Source of the DNA: Saprospiraceae bacterium
GTDB lineage: Bacteria > Bacteroidota > Bacteroidia > Chitinophagales > Saprospiraceae
Direction of reading: 5' to 3'
Assembly: GCA_043754475.1 (NCBI GenBank)
Contig: JAYUUR010000112.1
Coordinates: 1 to 56,361, forward strand
DNA: 56,361 bases
In this document: positions 1 through 9,044 of the stretch, piece after piece
Layout of the letters: the number at the start of each line of letters is the position of its first letter
How positions within the stretch are numbered: the first letter of the stretch is position 1
Made by a program: the position numbers and the translations under genes
Notes under the pieces: model-generated
Seen by the model: the letters and a program-made list of their open reading frames with translations, nothing else
What the model was told of the DNA's origin: nothing
Database searches by the model: none

Positions 1-914
1 GCAATCTGACAAATATGGTCAAGATGGTCAATCATCACTTCTAAATTACAATTCATGTGCTTAGGCATGGACACGCCTCGCTCCCAATTCGGCACCATCA
101 TCCAAGCATCCAATGCGCCGCCAATGACTGCCCCGCGCTTTATCAATGCCTTAATTTGTTCATCACTGTACTGCCGATTATGATTGACCAAAGCCCGACA
201 AAGATTGTGGCTCGCCCAAACTGCTCCATTAAAATTATCCAAAGCTTCCCAAAAGCTATCATCGCATAGGTGAGTGGCATCCAAAATAATACCCAGCTGT
301 TCCATTTCACGCAGTAGGGCTTTGCCTTTTTCACCCATATGCCCCGTTGCATCCGTCCCTTGTGCATATCGCCCGCTCCCGTAATGCGCTGGACCGATAG
401 CCCGCAAACCATAATTATACGCCACCTCCACATGGTCAATCGTGATAAGTGAATCAGCTCCTTCCAAGCTCAAAATATAGCCGATGGGTTTGTTATCCGA
501 CCCCCTCAGTTGCCACGTTCCTCGCAATGACATTTCACCTGTTTTTGACTCGCCACACCACAACTCAATATGTTTTTCCAAACCTACTAAATCCCGAATT
601 TGCACCATTTCACCACAAGCCTCCATTGCTTGATACCACGCCAATTGCCCTTGAGTTTGCGCCCAAGCCTGTTCAGGTGAAAGCCAACCTGGCAACGGAC
701 TATCGGGCGTGACATACCGCGCAATCTGAGTAGCGACGACCAAGCCGATATTGCCACGTCGCAATTCAGGCAAAGCGACTGTACCTTTTGCCCTATCAGG
801 CTTGTCGGTCATGCCTTTTTCCCGAAGGCGAAGGGTGGAAACTGGCAATCTTAAATCCCGATTCCATTCCATAGCATTCATGCTGAGGTCTAAATGTGCG
901 TCGATTATTAACAT
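1..914 (-). CDS. Membrane dipeptidase, peptidase M19 (renal dipeptidase) family; C-terminus cut by left window edge
   Basis: Absent from the ORF track because there is no stop inside the window. I read the minus-strand frame codon by codon from the ATG at 914-912 down to position 3 and found no stop. The translation MLIIDAHLDLSMNAMEWNRDL...GYILSLEGADSL...GLRAIGPAHYGSGRYAQG...GIILDATHLCDDSFWEAL...WASHNLCRAL has the DxHxD N-terminus and the His/Asp blocks typical of M19 dipeptidases. The ATG overlaps the stop of the upstream gene (ATGTTAA), so both are in one operon. Confidence 0.7.
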   Translation of the reverse strand, partial: MLIIDAHLDLSMNAMEWNRDLRLPVSTLRLREKGMTDKPDRAKGTVALPELRRGNIGLVVATQIARYVTPDSPLPGWLSPEQAWAQTQGQLAWYQAMEACGEMVQIRDLVGLEKHIELWCGESKTGEMSLRGTWQLRGSDNKPIGYILSLEGADSLITIDHVEVAYNYGLRAIGPAHYGSGRYAQGTDATGHMGEKGKALLREMEQLGIILDATHLCDDSFWEALDNFNGAVWASHNLCRALVNHNRQYSDEQIKALIKRGAVIGGALDAWMMVPNWERGVSMPKHMNCNLEVMIDHLDHICQI

Positions 915-2017
915 GTTATTTTTCTATCTCTTGCTATCACTTGCCACTCTTCGCCCGTCAAAATGCCGTTTTCAACGACATGAAGGCGTTCGTACAGAGC
1001 GCAAGTCGGGCAAATATGGAAAGGCACACCATATAAAATGTCACCCACTTGATAGGTATGCGGCGAAGGCAGTTCGATAACTAAATGCTCTTCAGACTGC
1101 CCTATAAATTTGGCTTCGGGCGCGTGTGGAAAATAAATACGCTTGGATAAATCATTTTCAGCAGCAATAGATTTATGACCCACATCCAAACATATTTTAC
1201 CTACATCAGGCAGAGAAATGACCCGACATGCCAGCCAAACGGCAGGTTCGAAAGCCTGTTCAGGAAATGCTGTTTGATAACCTTTGTCCCAAAACACAAA
1301 TGTTCCTGGGCTACACACCACGCGCTGCCGCTTGGAATGAATCGGATACGTTGATGCACCGCCCATCACAATTTCAAGCAAAGCAGTATCAGATTTGCCT
1401 AATTGATGCAATAGTTGTTCTACTTTGTTAAAACTTTCATCCGCTTCTTTTTGCCGAACAGCCAAATCAGTGTGATGGATATGTCCATCGTAGGCATGAA
1501 GACCCCTCAGTATAAGCTGCGGCAAAGACATGATTTCATGAAAAAAACGAAATGCTTTTTCAAGCAAAATACCCGTACGATTCATCCCGACATTTAAGTC
1601 AATATAAACATTGAGTTTTAAATGATGTTCAACTGCTAATTTGGATAGGCTTATGCCAATTTCAAGATTATCCACCAAGCAAGCAAAGCGCGTATCGGGG
1701 TATTTTTTAATCAAGTTGACCCATCTCAATTGCTTCGCACTATTGGGCTGATATGCCAACAAAACATCTTTTGCCCGACACATCGCCAGCATTTCCGCTT
1801 CTGCAATCGTAGCGCATTTGAATTTATCAATCCCAACGGCTTGTAGTAGCCGTGTGACCTCTTGCGTTTTGTGCGTTTTTACATGCGGACGCAAACGCTT
1901 CACATCATCAATCATGGAAATGAGCGTCTGGATATTGTGCTTCACCCCCTCAGTAGAAACGACTAAAGCGGGGGTATCGAGAGTGTCGATGTTGAGAATA
2001 GAGTAAGGAAATATCAT
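908..2017 (-). CDS. D-TA family PLP-dependent enzyme (D-serine dehydratase / D-threonine aldolase-like, alanine racemase N-terminal fold)
   Basis: 369-aa ORF. It carries the RPHVKTHK motif (PLP lysine in the HxKT context), which is characteristic of DSD1/D-threonine aldolase-type enzymes. Size and overall pattern fit that family. Confidence 0.7.
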   Translation of the reverse strand: MIFPYSILNIDTLDTPALVVSTEGVKHNIQTLISMIDDVKRLRPHVKTHKTQEVTRLLQAVGIDKFKCATIAEAEMLAMCRAKDVLLAYQPNSAKQLRWVNLIKKYPDTRFACLVDNLEIGISLSKLAVEHHLKLNVYIDLNVGMNRTGILLEKAFRFFHEIMSLPQLILRGLHAYDGHIHHTDLAVRQKEADESFNKVEQLLHQLGKSDTALLEIVMGGASTYPIHSKRQRVVCSPGTFVFWDKGYQTAFPEQAFEPAVWLACRVISLPDVGKICLDVGHKSIAAENDLSKRIYFPHAPEAKFIGQSEEHLVIELPSPHTYQVGDILYGVPFHICPTCALYERLHVVENGILTGEEWQVIARDRKITC

Positions 2018-2027
2018 TTATTATTAG

Positions 2028-2498
2028 TTAATGTAATTCAAACATCGCTTCAATCTCCACAGGAATACCATCGGGCAAAGATCCCATGCCCACCGCACTC
2101 CTGACGCCGATGCCATTCTCTTCGCCCCAAATATCTGCAAAAAGTTGACTACAACCATTGATAACATAGGGATGTTTGCCAAAATCGGCGGTGCAATTAA
2201 TCATGCCCAATACTTTAATCACCCGTTTGATTTTATTCAAACTGCCGACGTGGGTTTTAATAGTGGCGAGGATAGTGAGTCCAACTTGACGAGCCGCTAA
2301 TTTACCCGCTTCAATATCCATATCATCGCCAATGCGCCCAATGATAAGGCTACTATCTTCCTTGAAAGGCCCATGTCCTGACACATAAAGGTGATGCCCA
2401 TCAATCAAAAAAGGTTTGTACACCCCCATCGGCAGCGGTGCGGGCGGCAATACCAAGCCCATTTTTTCAAAGCGTTGTTCTGGAGAAAGTAGTTCCAT
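2028..2498 (-). CDS. RidA/YjgF family reactive enamine-imine deaminase
   Basis: 156-aa ORF with a YjgF/RidA-like pattern (...YVSGHGP..., ...GIGVRSAVGMGSLPDGIPVEIEAMFEL C-terminus). It lies 10 nt upstream of the D-TA gene on the same strand. Confidence 0.7.
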   Translation of the reverse strand: MELLSPEQRFEKMGLVLPPAPLPMGVYKPFLIDGHHLYVSGHGPFKEDSSLIIGRIGDDMDIEAGKLAARQVGLTILATIKTHVGSLNKIKRVIKVLGMINCTADFGKHPYVINGCSQLFADIWGEENGIGVRSAVGMGSLPDGIPVEIEAMFELH

Positions 2499-2516
2499 TT
2501 TATATAAAATTTATAT

Positions 2517-3830
2517 TTAAACAAACAAATTCAAAAATAAAACCCCAATCAAACCGACGATAGATACAATAGTTTCCATCAAAGACCAAGACCGAATAGT
2601 GTCTTTTATGCTTAAATTAAAATACTCTTTAAACAACCAAAACCCAGGGTCATTCACATGCGAGAACATCAAACTGCCCGCCCCAACAGACAAGACCATC
2701 AAACTCGGATTGACATTCAAACCTGGAATCATAGGTGCCAAAATACCCGCTGTGGTCAACCCCGCAACCGTTGCCGAACCCAAACACACGCGGATAACGG
2801 CAGCAATCAGCCAAGCCAATATCAGCGGCGGCATATTCACATCTTTTAATATGCTGCTCAATTGAGCGGTCAAGCCACCGTCTAACAGCACTTGCTTGAG
2901 TCCACCTGCGCCACCAATGATGAGTAAAACCATTGCCACATCCTTCACCGCAACGCCGTAAGTGTCCATGATAGACGGTATCTTTTTACCCATATTCAAT
3001 CCCAATGAAAAAGTAGCGACTATGAGCGCAATCATCATCACGATAGCAGGATCGCCGATAAAGCGAGACATTTTGACAATACCTTCATTTTGAGGAAAGA
3101 GAATAGGCAAGACGGTCGTCACTGCCAAAAGAATGACGGGTAATAAGGCGGTGATAAAACTATTCCAACCGCTGGGCAAGGCATCGTCAGGCAGGTTTTC
3201 GCTTTTGAATGCCTCCGTCGGTTGCGATATAATATGCTTTAACGTTTTTGAAAACAGGGGTCCCGCTATTATAATGGCTGGAATGGCTACCACAATGCCA
3301 TAAAAAAGTGTCAAACCCATATTGGCATTAAATTGAACGACCAATGCGGCTGGCGAAGGATGCGGGGGCAAAAAGCCATGTGCCACGGATAGGGACGCGA
3401 GCATCGGCAAGCCAATATAAACCGCTGGTAATTTATATTGATACACCACTGAAAAAATAAGAGGAATCACCAACACAAATCCGACATTGTAAAACAAAGG
3501 AATACCGATAATAAATCCCGTACTCATCAGCCCCCATTGAATATATTTTTCTCCAAAAATTTGAAGCATTAACGCTGCAATTTTTTGAGCCGCTCCACTT
3601 TCTGCTACCAATTTGCCGAGCATTGCCCCCAATATAATAATGACTATCAACGACCCCAGCATATCGCCTATGCCTTTTTGAATGGATGCCGATATTTTCT
3701 CCAAAGGAATACCCACCATGAAGCCTGTATAAATGGATACGCCTAAAAAAGCGAGGAAAGGGTTGACTTTCACTGCTGAAATCAACAAAATTAATAGCGC
3801 AAGGCTGGAGATGATAATGAAAATGGTCAT
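2517..3830 (-). CDS. GntP family permease (gluconate:H+ symporter family transporter)
   Basis: 437-aa polytopic membrane protein. Its length and glycine-rich helices (GIGDMLGSLIVIIILGAMLGKLVAESGAA...) are typical of GntP/DsdX-type transporters. Confidence 0.7.
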   Translation of the reverse strand: MTIFIIISSLALLILLISAVKVNPFLAFLGVSIYTGFMVGIPLEKISASIQKGIGDMLGSLIVIIILGAMLGKLVAESGAAQKIAALMLQIFGEKYIQWGLMSTGFIIGIPLFYNVGFVLVIPLIFSVVYQYKLPAVYIGLPMLASLSVAHGFLPPHPSPAALVVQFNANMGLTLFYGIVVAIPAIIIAGPLFSKTLKHIISQPTEAFKSENLPDDALPSGWNSFITALLPVILLAVTTVLPILFPQNEGIVKMSRFIGDPAIVMMIALIVATFSLGLNMGKKIPSIMDTYGVAVKDVAMVLLIIGGAGGLKQVLLDGGLTAQLSSILKDVNMPPLILAWLIAAVIRVCLGSATVAGLTTAGILAPMIPGLNVNPSLMVLSVGAGSLMFSHVNDPGFWLFKEYFNLSIKDTIRSWSLMETIVSIVGLIGVLFLNLFV

Positions 3831-3867
3831 GTTGGTTATTGGTTAATCGTTATTCGTTATTGTAAAT

Positions 3868-5196
3868 CTAATCCGTTTCTATCTTTTCAATTTTCAAGCC
3901 CAACGATTGCAGACGCGGCACTATATCTCCGTAGCCGCGTTCAATCATGGGCACCCCCCTCAGTATAGTCGTGCCTTTAGCGACTGCAGCGGCGATGACG
4001 TATGCTAAACCCGCTCTCAAATCGGGAATTTCTAAGGGTTGTTCAATCGCATGAAGAGGCGTTAATCCTGATATAATAGCAGAGTGTTGATGTCCTTTTC
4101 CCTCGAATCGACAGGGTGTATTGCCGAGGCAATGCGTCGTCAATTGCACCTCTGCACCTAATTTTTTCAAGGCATTTAGATAGCCAAAGCGGTTTTCATA
4201 TACCGTTTCATGCAAAACAGACACGCCATCTGCTTGAGTGAGGAGGACTGCGAAAGGCTGTTGCCAATCCGTCGAGAAACCAGGCCAAACGTCGGTTTCG
4301 AGGTGGATAGACTGAGGAGGTCTGGCTCTGAAAAAACGCATCGAATCACTATCAATCAATTCAAAACCACCGCCTGCTTGCCTAAAAGATGATAGGAAAT
4401 TGCCCAAAGTTTCAGGTCGAATACCATGCACGGTTATTGAACCATCCACAGCCGCAGCCAATGATGCCCAACTTGCTGTTTCGATGCGGTCACCCAAGCA
4501 ATTCATAACGCAACCCTTGAGTTCAGATACGCCTTCTATGCGAAACTCGCGCTTCGAATCAGTGAAAATAATAGCTCCCATTGCCCGCAACATCGTGACA
4601 ATCTCCATGATTTCGGGTTCGATAGCCACATTGTCAATGATAGATGTGCCTTCTGCCAAAACCGACAGGAAAAGGCAAGTCTCCGTTGCACCTACTGAGG
4701 GGTATTTGAGATTGATGTGGTGACCTTTCAAGCGGCTGTTTTTCTGAGCAATATAACCCTCATCACCTTCTATGATTTTTGCGCCAAAGTCTTGAATGGC
4801 ATCTATATGAAAATCCACACCCCGCGCCCCAATGATACAACCGCCCATAATTGGTACGCTGACTTCATCAAAACGGTGTAATAAAGCACTAATCATCAAG
4901 ATAGGCATCCGATTCGCCCCCGAATGTGGTTGCCGCACGGTCGAATCCTTCGCTTTCGTGGGGTCAATAACCATCACCTTTTTCTCTTTATACCAATCAA
5001 TCTGGACACCAAGCGAACGAAGCATATCCGCCGTAATTTCGACATCCCCGATGGGTGGTACATTGGTGAGCGTAGTCGGCGAGTTGCCGAGCAAAGCGGC
5101 AATCATGGCTTTGGTCGTAAAATTTTTAGCACCGTAGCAAGTAATTTCACCATGAAGGGAGTTGCCTCCTTGTATTTTGTAAGCTGAATGCGGCAT
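3868..5196 (-). CDS. murA: UDP-N-acetylglucosamine 1-carboxyvinyltransferase (MurA family)
   Basis: 442-aa ORF. It begins ...KIQGGNSLHGEITCYGAKNFTTKAMIAALL and ends ...IERGYGDIVPRLQSLGLKIE, the EPSP-synthase/MurA fold signature. Confidence 0.8.
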   Translation of the reverse strand: MPHSAYKIQGGNSLHGEITCYGAKNFTTKAMIAALLGNSPTTLTNVPPIGDVEITADMLRSLGVQIDWYKEKKVMVIDPTKAKDSTVRQPHSGANRMPILMISALLHRFDEVSVPIMGGCIIGARGVDFHIDAIQDFGAKIIEGDEGYIAQKNSRLKGHHINLKYPSVGATETCLFLSVLAEGTSIIDNVAIEPEIMEIVTMLRAMGAIIFTDSKREFRIEGVSELKGCVMNCLGDRIETASWASLAAAVDGSITVHGIRPETLGNFLSSFRQAGGGFELIDSDSMRFFRARPPQSIHLETDVWPGFSTDWQQPFAVLLTQADGVSVLHETVYENRFGYLNALKKLGAEVQLTTHCLGNTPCRFEGKGHQHSAIISGLTPLHAIEQPLEIPDLRAGLAYVIAAAVAKGTTILRGVPMIERGYGDIVPRLQSLGLKIEKIETD

Positions 5197-5300
5197 AATG
5201 GCGTCGTGATATAGTCATTTAATGAAACACAAATGTAGTTTTTTTGTCGTAACTTTCGCGCAGTTTTTATATTAACATACAATCAATCATCCAATAAAAT

Positions 5301-6821
5301 ATGTCAAAAGAAAATCAATTTTTAAGCACCATTACTGAGGGGTATGCCTTCAAAGGCGATTGCATCGAATTGGGCGGCGCGATGCTGAATGGAGAAGTCG
5401 TGGAAAACTGTATCGTAAAAATACCTTTAAAAACCATGAATCGACATGGTCTGATTGCGGGTGCAACAGGTTCGGGTAAGACTAAAACTTTGCAAATATT
5501 GGCAGAGCAATTATCATCCAAAGGAACACCCGTTTTATTGATGGATATAAAAGGTGACCTTTCGGGCATCGCAGTAGCAGGTGAAGAAAATGAAAAAATA
5601 GCAGAAAGGCATAAAAAAATAGGCATTACTCATACTTCAAACGGCAATCCTGTAGAGTTTTTAACGCTGTCTGATGAAAAAGGCGCGCGTTTGAGGGCAA
5701 CGGTGATTGAATTCGGTCCCGTTTTGTTTTCAAAAATATTGGGTTTGAATGATACGCAAGGCAGCGTGGTGAGTGTCGTTTTCAAATATTGCGACGATAA
5801 AGGTTGGCTTTTGTTGGATTTAGATGATTTTAAAAAAGTGCTTAATTACTTCATGAATGACGGTAAAGAAGAACTTAAAAAAGACTACGGCAATATTTCG
5901 CCGATGACAATAGGCACTATTTTACGCAAAGTCATCGAACTCGAACAGCAAGGCGCGGGCACTTTTTTTGGCGAACGCTCCTTTGAAGTAGAAGACCTTT
6001 GCCGCTTAGACGATGAAGGGCGCGGCATGATTAGCATACTCCGTTTGACCGATATTCAAGACCGCCCCAAGCTATTTTCAACGTTTATGTTGCAACTTTT
6101 AGCAGAAATGTACTCTACTTTTCCCGAAGAAGGTGATTTGGAGCAGCCTAAACTCTGCGTATTCATTGATGAAGCACATCTTGTTTTCAGCGAAGCCTCC
6201 AAAGCTTTATTGAGTCAAATAGAAAGTATTATCAAATTGATTCGCTCAAAAGGTGTTGGCGTATATTTCTGTACTCAAAATCCGCAAGACGTGCCTGATG
6301 CCGTTTTAGGTCAGTTGGGTATGAAAATGCAACATGCGCTGCGGGCTTTCACGGCAAAAGACCGTCAAAATATCCGCCTCGTGGCTCAAAATTATCCTTT
6401 GACAGATTTTTATGATGTCGAAAATTTGATAACACAATTGGGCATTGGTGAAGCATTTATTACAGTTTTAAATGAAAAAGGTATTCCTACGCCAATCGTT
6501 CAAACGATGTTGCGCGCGCCGCAATCGCGTATGGACGTGCTTTCGGAGGTTGAAATCGATAAAATACTGAGGGGGTCTCAAATCATTGAAAAATACAACG
6601 AAGTCATCAATAGAGAAAGTGCTTACGAAATTTTGACAAGCAAAGTAGAGACGACTTATGGTTCAGAAGTTCAAAAACCTGCTCAAAAAGAAGAACCTGG
6701 CATATTTGAAAAAGTATTAAAATCACCTGTTGCGAAGCAAGTCGGTAGCACCTTAGCGCGGGAGTTGACACGTGGTTTGTTGGGCATTTTAGGGCTTGGG
6801 GGGAGGAAGAAGATTTGGTGA
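5301..6821 (+). CDS. HerA-like helicase/ATPase, DUF853 (YjgR-like) family
   Basis: 506-aa ORF with Walker A GATGSGKT, Walker B-like CVFIDEAH, and a C-terminal basic tail. Length and pattern match YjgR/DUF853 proteins. Confidence 0.75.
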   Translation: MSKENQFLSTITEGYAFKGDCIELGGAMLNGEVVENCIVKIPLKTMNRHGLIAGATGSGKTKTLQILAEQLSSKGTPVLLMDIKGDLSGIAVAGEENEKIAERHKKIGITHTSNGNPVEFLTLSDEKGARLRATVIEFGPVLFSKILGLNDTQGSVVSVVFKYCDDKGWLLLDLDDFKKVLNYFMNDGKEELKKDYGNISPMTIGTILRKVIELEQQGAGTFFGERSFEVEDLCRLDDEGRGMISILRLTDIQDRPKLFSTFMLQLLAEMYSTFPEEGDLEQPKLCVFIDEAHLVFSEASKALLSQIESIIKLIRSKGVGVYFCTQNPQDVPDAVLGQLGMKMQHALRAFTAKDRQNIRLVAQNYPLTDFYDVENLITQLGIGEAFITVLNEKGIPTPIVQTMLRAPQSRMDVLSEVEIDKILRGSQIIEKYNEVINRESAYEILTSKVETTYGSEVQKPAQKEEPGIFEKVLKSPVAKQVGSTLARELTRGLLGILGLGGRKKIW

Positions 6822-6835
6822 TTTATATGATTAAC

Positions 6836-6871
6836 AGCTTTGCGAGGGTTTGAAACCCTCGCAAAGCTTTT
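6836..6871 (+). terminator. Rho-independent terminator of the DUF853 gene
   Basis: Perfect 15-bp stem agctttgcgagggtt / aaccctcgcaaagct (6836-6850 / 6854-6868) with a 3-nt loop, followed by TTT. It starts 15 nt after the stop codon. Confidence 0.8.
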
Positions 6872-6874
6872 CAC

Positions 6875-6908
6875 AAAAAAAACCTGTAAGAGCGTTAACT
6901 CTTACAGG
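6875..6908 (-). terminator. Rho-independent terminator of the convergent OMP gene
   Basis: 10-bp stem cctgtaagag / ctcttacagg (6883-6892 / 6899-6908). On the minus strand it is followed by a T8 run (A8 at 6875-6882 on the plus strand). Confidence 0.7.
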
Positions 6909-6940
6909 CAAAATTTTATCTATTCTCAATACAAATATTA

Positions 6941-7615
6941 TTAAAATGGCAACATCAAACCTGCGCTGAGAGCAATGCCTCGGTTGGTAATTTTGACAGA
7001 ATTATTGTCTTTGTCAAAATCTTGTAAACCATATAAATAGCGCACATCTATCACCAATCTGTTGCTGCCCACGCCCAATTGCAAGCCGCCGCCCAAATGC
7101 ACACCATAATCCAAGCGATTAGATCTTTCAAAATCGTACTTACCGCTTTTGTCTGAAATTTGAAGGACACCCCCGATTGTGCTTTTGCTGCTCGATTCCA
7201 CAGAACCACCTGCTGCATAACCCACACTCGGACCCGCTTGAAGATAAAAACCCAAACGCTCGCCGCCAATCAAACCCCTCAGTAACAACGGAAACTCGAC
7301 ATAATTTATCTTGTTTTTTGTATCCGTTTGGGTTGTGATGCCGCCGCTTGTACTGGTTGTCATCACACGGCTGCCTTTTTGAGTAAAATTAAATTCAGGT
7401 TGAATAGAAAAATTGTTACTCATTTTGATTTCTAAAGGAATAGCAAAATGAGTTCCCGTAATATTTTCGTTTTGGTCATTATTCCCCTCAGTATTCCATT
7501 TTGAGAGATTGAGACCTGCTCGAAAACCAATAGATGTTTGAGCTGTTAAAGAATAGTTGATAAAAAATAGCATTGAAGCCGCTATCGTAGCTTTTCTCAA
7601 AAGATTTGTAAGCAT
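6941..7615 (-). CDS. Small outer-membrane beta-barrel protein (porin-family / OMP_b-brl-type)
   Basis: 224-aa ORF with a signal peptide (...SMLFFINYSLTAQ), alternating beta-strand pattern, Gly-rich turns and a C-terminal ...GLMLPF aromatic end. Confidence 0.6.
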   Translation of the reverse strand: MLTNLLRKATIAASMLFFINYSLTAQTSIGFRAGLNLSKWNTEGNNDQNENITGTHFAIPLEIKMSNNFSIQPEFNFTQKGSRVMTTSTSGGITTQTDTKNKINYVEFPLLLRGLIGGERLGFYLQAGPSVGYAAGGSVESSSKSTIGGVLQISDKSGKYDFERSNRLDYGVHLGGGLQLGVGSNRLVIDVRYLYGLQDFDKDNNSVKITNRGIALSAGLMLPF

Positions 7616-7740
7616 AAAATACAGTTTTTGTTAAAAAATAAATTACTTAATAATATACGAGATATTTACATTTTTTGTTTTTAAAAATTTAGTTTTTAAC
7701 ATTTTTTTTAGTATAAAATTTAATCATCAATATTTTTTAA

Positions 7741-8898
7741 ATGCCGAATGAAACTTTCGATATAGCTATTATCGGTGCAGGTCCGGCGGGATGTGCTTGT
7801 GCTTTAGCCTTGCATGAAAGTGGCTTGCGAGTAGTGATGTTAGATAAAGATATTTTTCCGCGCGATAAGATTTGCGGTGATGCTATCCCGGGTTTGGCTT
7901 TTAAAGCTATGGATAAAATAAATTCCAAATGGGGTTTTGCCATGAGGCAATTGATAGATAAAGAAGACATTCGCACGGCTAAAATATATGCTCCAAATAA
8001 TAAAATTATTACCCTCGATTGGGTCACCTATGCCTATAATAGCAAGCGGTTGAATTTTGATAATTTTCTTTTTCAACTCGTAAAAAAAGAAACTTCGACT
8101 ACTATTTTTGAAAACAAAAGATTGCAAAAAGTGGTAGTTGGGAACGGTGGCGTACACTGCCAATTTCAAGATAATTTACTGATACATGCCACTATTGTCA
8201 TCGGTTGCGATGGGGCTAATTCGATGGTAATGAGGCAATTGGGCAGCATTGAATTACAAAATGCACCTTCGTGTGCAGCAGTAAGAGCGTATTATCACGG
8301 CATTGAGGAATTGAAAGAAGGTGTGAATGAGTTTCATTTTTTCAAGGATTTAATACCCGGTTATTTTTGGATTTTTCCTTTAGAAAATGGTTGGGCGAAT
8401 GTGGGATTTGGTATTTTGAATTCAAATACAAGCAAAAAGAAGAAAAAACTAAAGCTGAGAGATACTTTGAACATGATAACGACCACACTGCCAAGCATTG
8501 CCCCCCGCTTCAAAAATGCCCAATTAATGGATTCGTCCAAGGGTTTTGCATTGCCTTTAGGTACTCAAAAATTACCGATTTCAGGAAATCGATTTATGCT
8601 TTGCGGCGATGCAGCTTCGCTCATTGATCCTTTGCAAGGTCATGGGATTGACAATGCTATGTGGTGCGGGCTTTTCGCTGCCAAACAAGCAACAGAATGT
8701 TTCAAAAAAAATAATTTTGAAGCATCATTTATGGCTCAATATGATGAAGCAGTTTATAAAAAAATAGGGACGGAACTGGCGACTAATGCTTTCATCATGC
8801 GCCTTTTCAGCCGTTTTCCTTTTCTGTTTAATGCTTTCGGATGGGTGGGTCAAAATCAAAAACTGATGCAATGGATAGCGAGAGTTTTGAGGATTTAA
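7741..8898 (+). CDS. FAD-dependent oxidoreductase, geranylgeranyl reductase family
   Basis: 385-aa ORF with the N-terminal dinucleotide fold FDIAIIGAGPAGCACA, GCDGANS and GDAA motifs. Confidence 0.7.
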   Translation: MPNETFDIAIIGAGPAGCACALALHESGLRVVMLDKDIFPRDKICGDAIPGLAFKAMDKINSKWGFAMRQLIDKEDIRTAKIYAPNNKIITLDWVTYAYNSKRLNFDNFLFQLVKKETSTTIFENKRLQKVVVGNGGVHCQFQDNLLIHATIVIGCDGANSMVMRQLGSIELQNAPSCAAVRAYYHGIEELKEGVNEFHFFKDLIPGYFWIFPLENGWANVGFGILNSNTSKKKKKLKLRDTLNMITTTLPSIAPRFKNAQLMDSSKGFALPLGTQKLPISGNRFMLCGDAASLIDPLQGHGIDNAMWCGLFAAKQATECFKKNNFEASFMAQYDEAVYKKIGTELATNAFIMRLFSRFPFLFNAFGWVGQNQKLMQWIARVLRI

Positions 8899-8903
8899 AG
8901 TTT

Positions 8904-8968
8904 TGTCATTCAGTAGGAATCTCTTTTTACCATTACGATTTCACAAAAGAGATTCCTGCTGAATGACA
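8904..8968. repeat. Long inverted repeat built from two TGTCATT...AGGAA (REP-like) units
   Basis: 24-bp arms tgtcattcagtaggaatctctttt (8904-8927) and aaaagagattcctgctgaatgaca (8945-8968). There is one mismatch (G-U compatible) and a 17-nt loop. Confidence 0.85.
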
Positions 8969-8973
8969 CAAAC

Positions 8974-9020
8974 AAAAAGTCCTAAATTTTGCTTATCACA
9001 AAATTTAGGACTTTTTATTT
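8974..9020. terminator. Bidirectional Rho-independent terminator between the reductase gene and porV
   Basis: Perfect 17-bp stem aaaaagtcctaaatttt / aaaatttaggacttttt (8974-8990 / 9000-9016) with A/T runs on both sides. Confidence 0.8.
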
Positions 9021-9044
9021 TATAAAGTATTGATAATCAATAGA

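Noticed and set aside
143-1080. Short track ORFs at 57-269, 143-439, 449-712 and 751-1080.
   Set aside because: All overlap the uninterrupted minus-strand M19 dipeptidase frame (1-914) or the D-TA gene, and none has a recognisable family.
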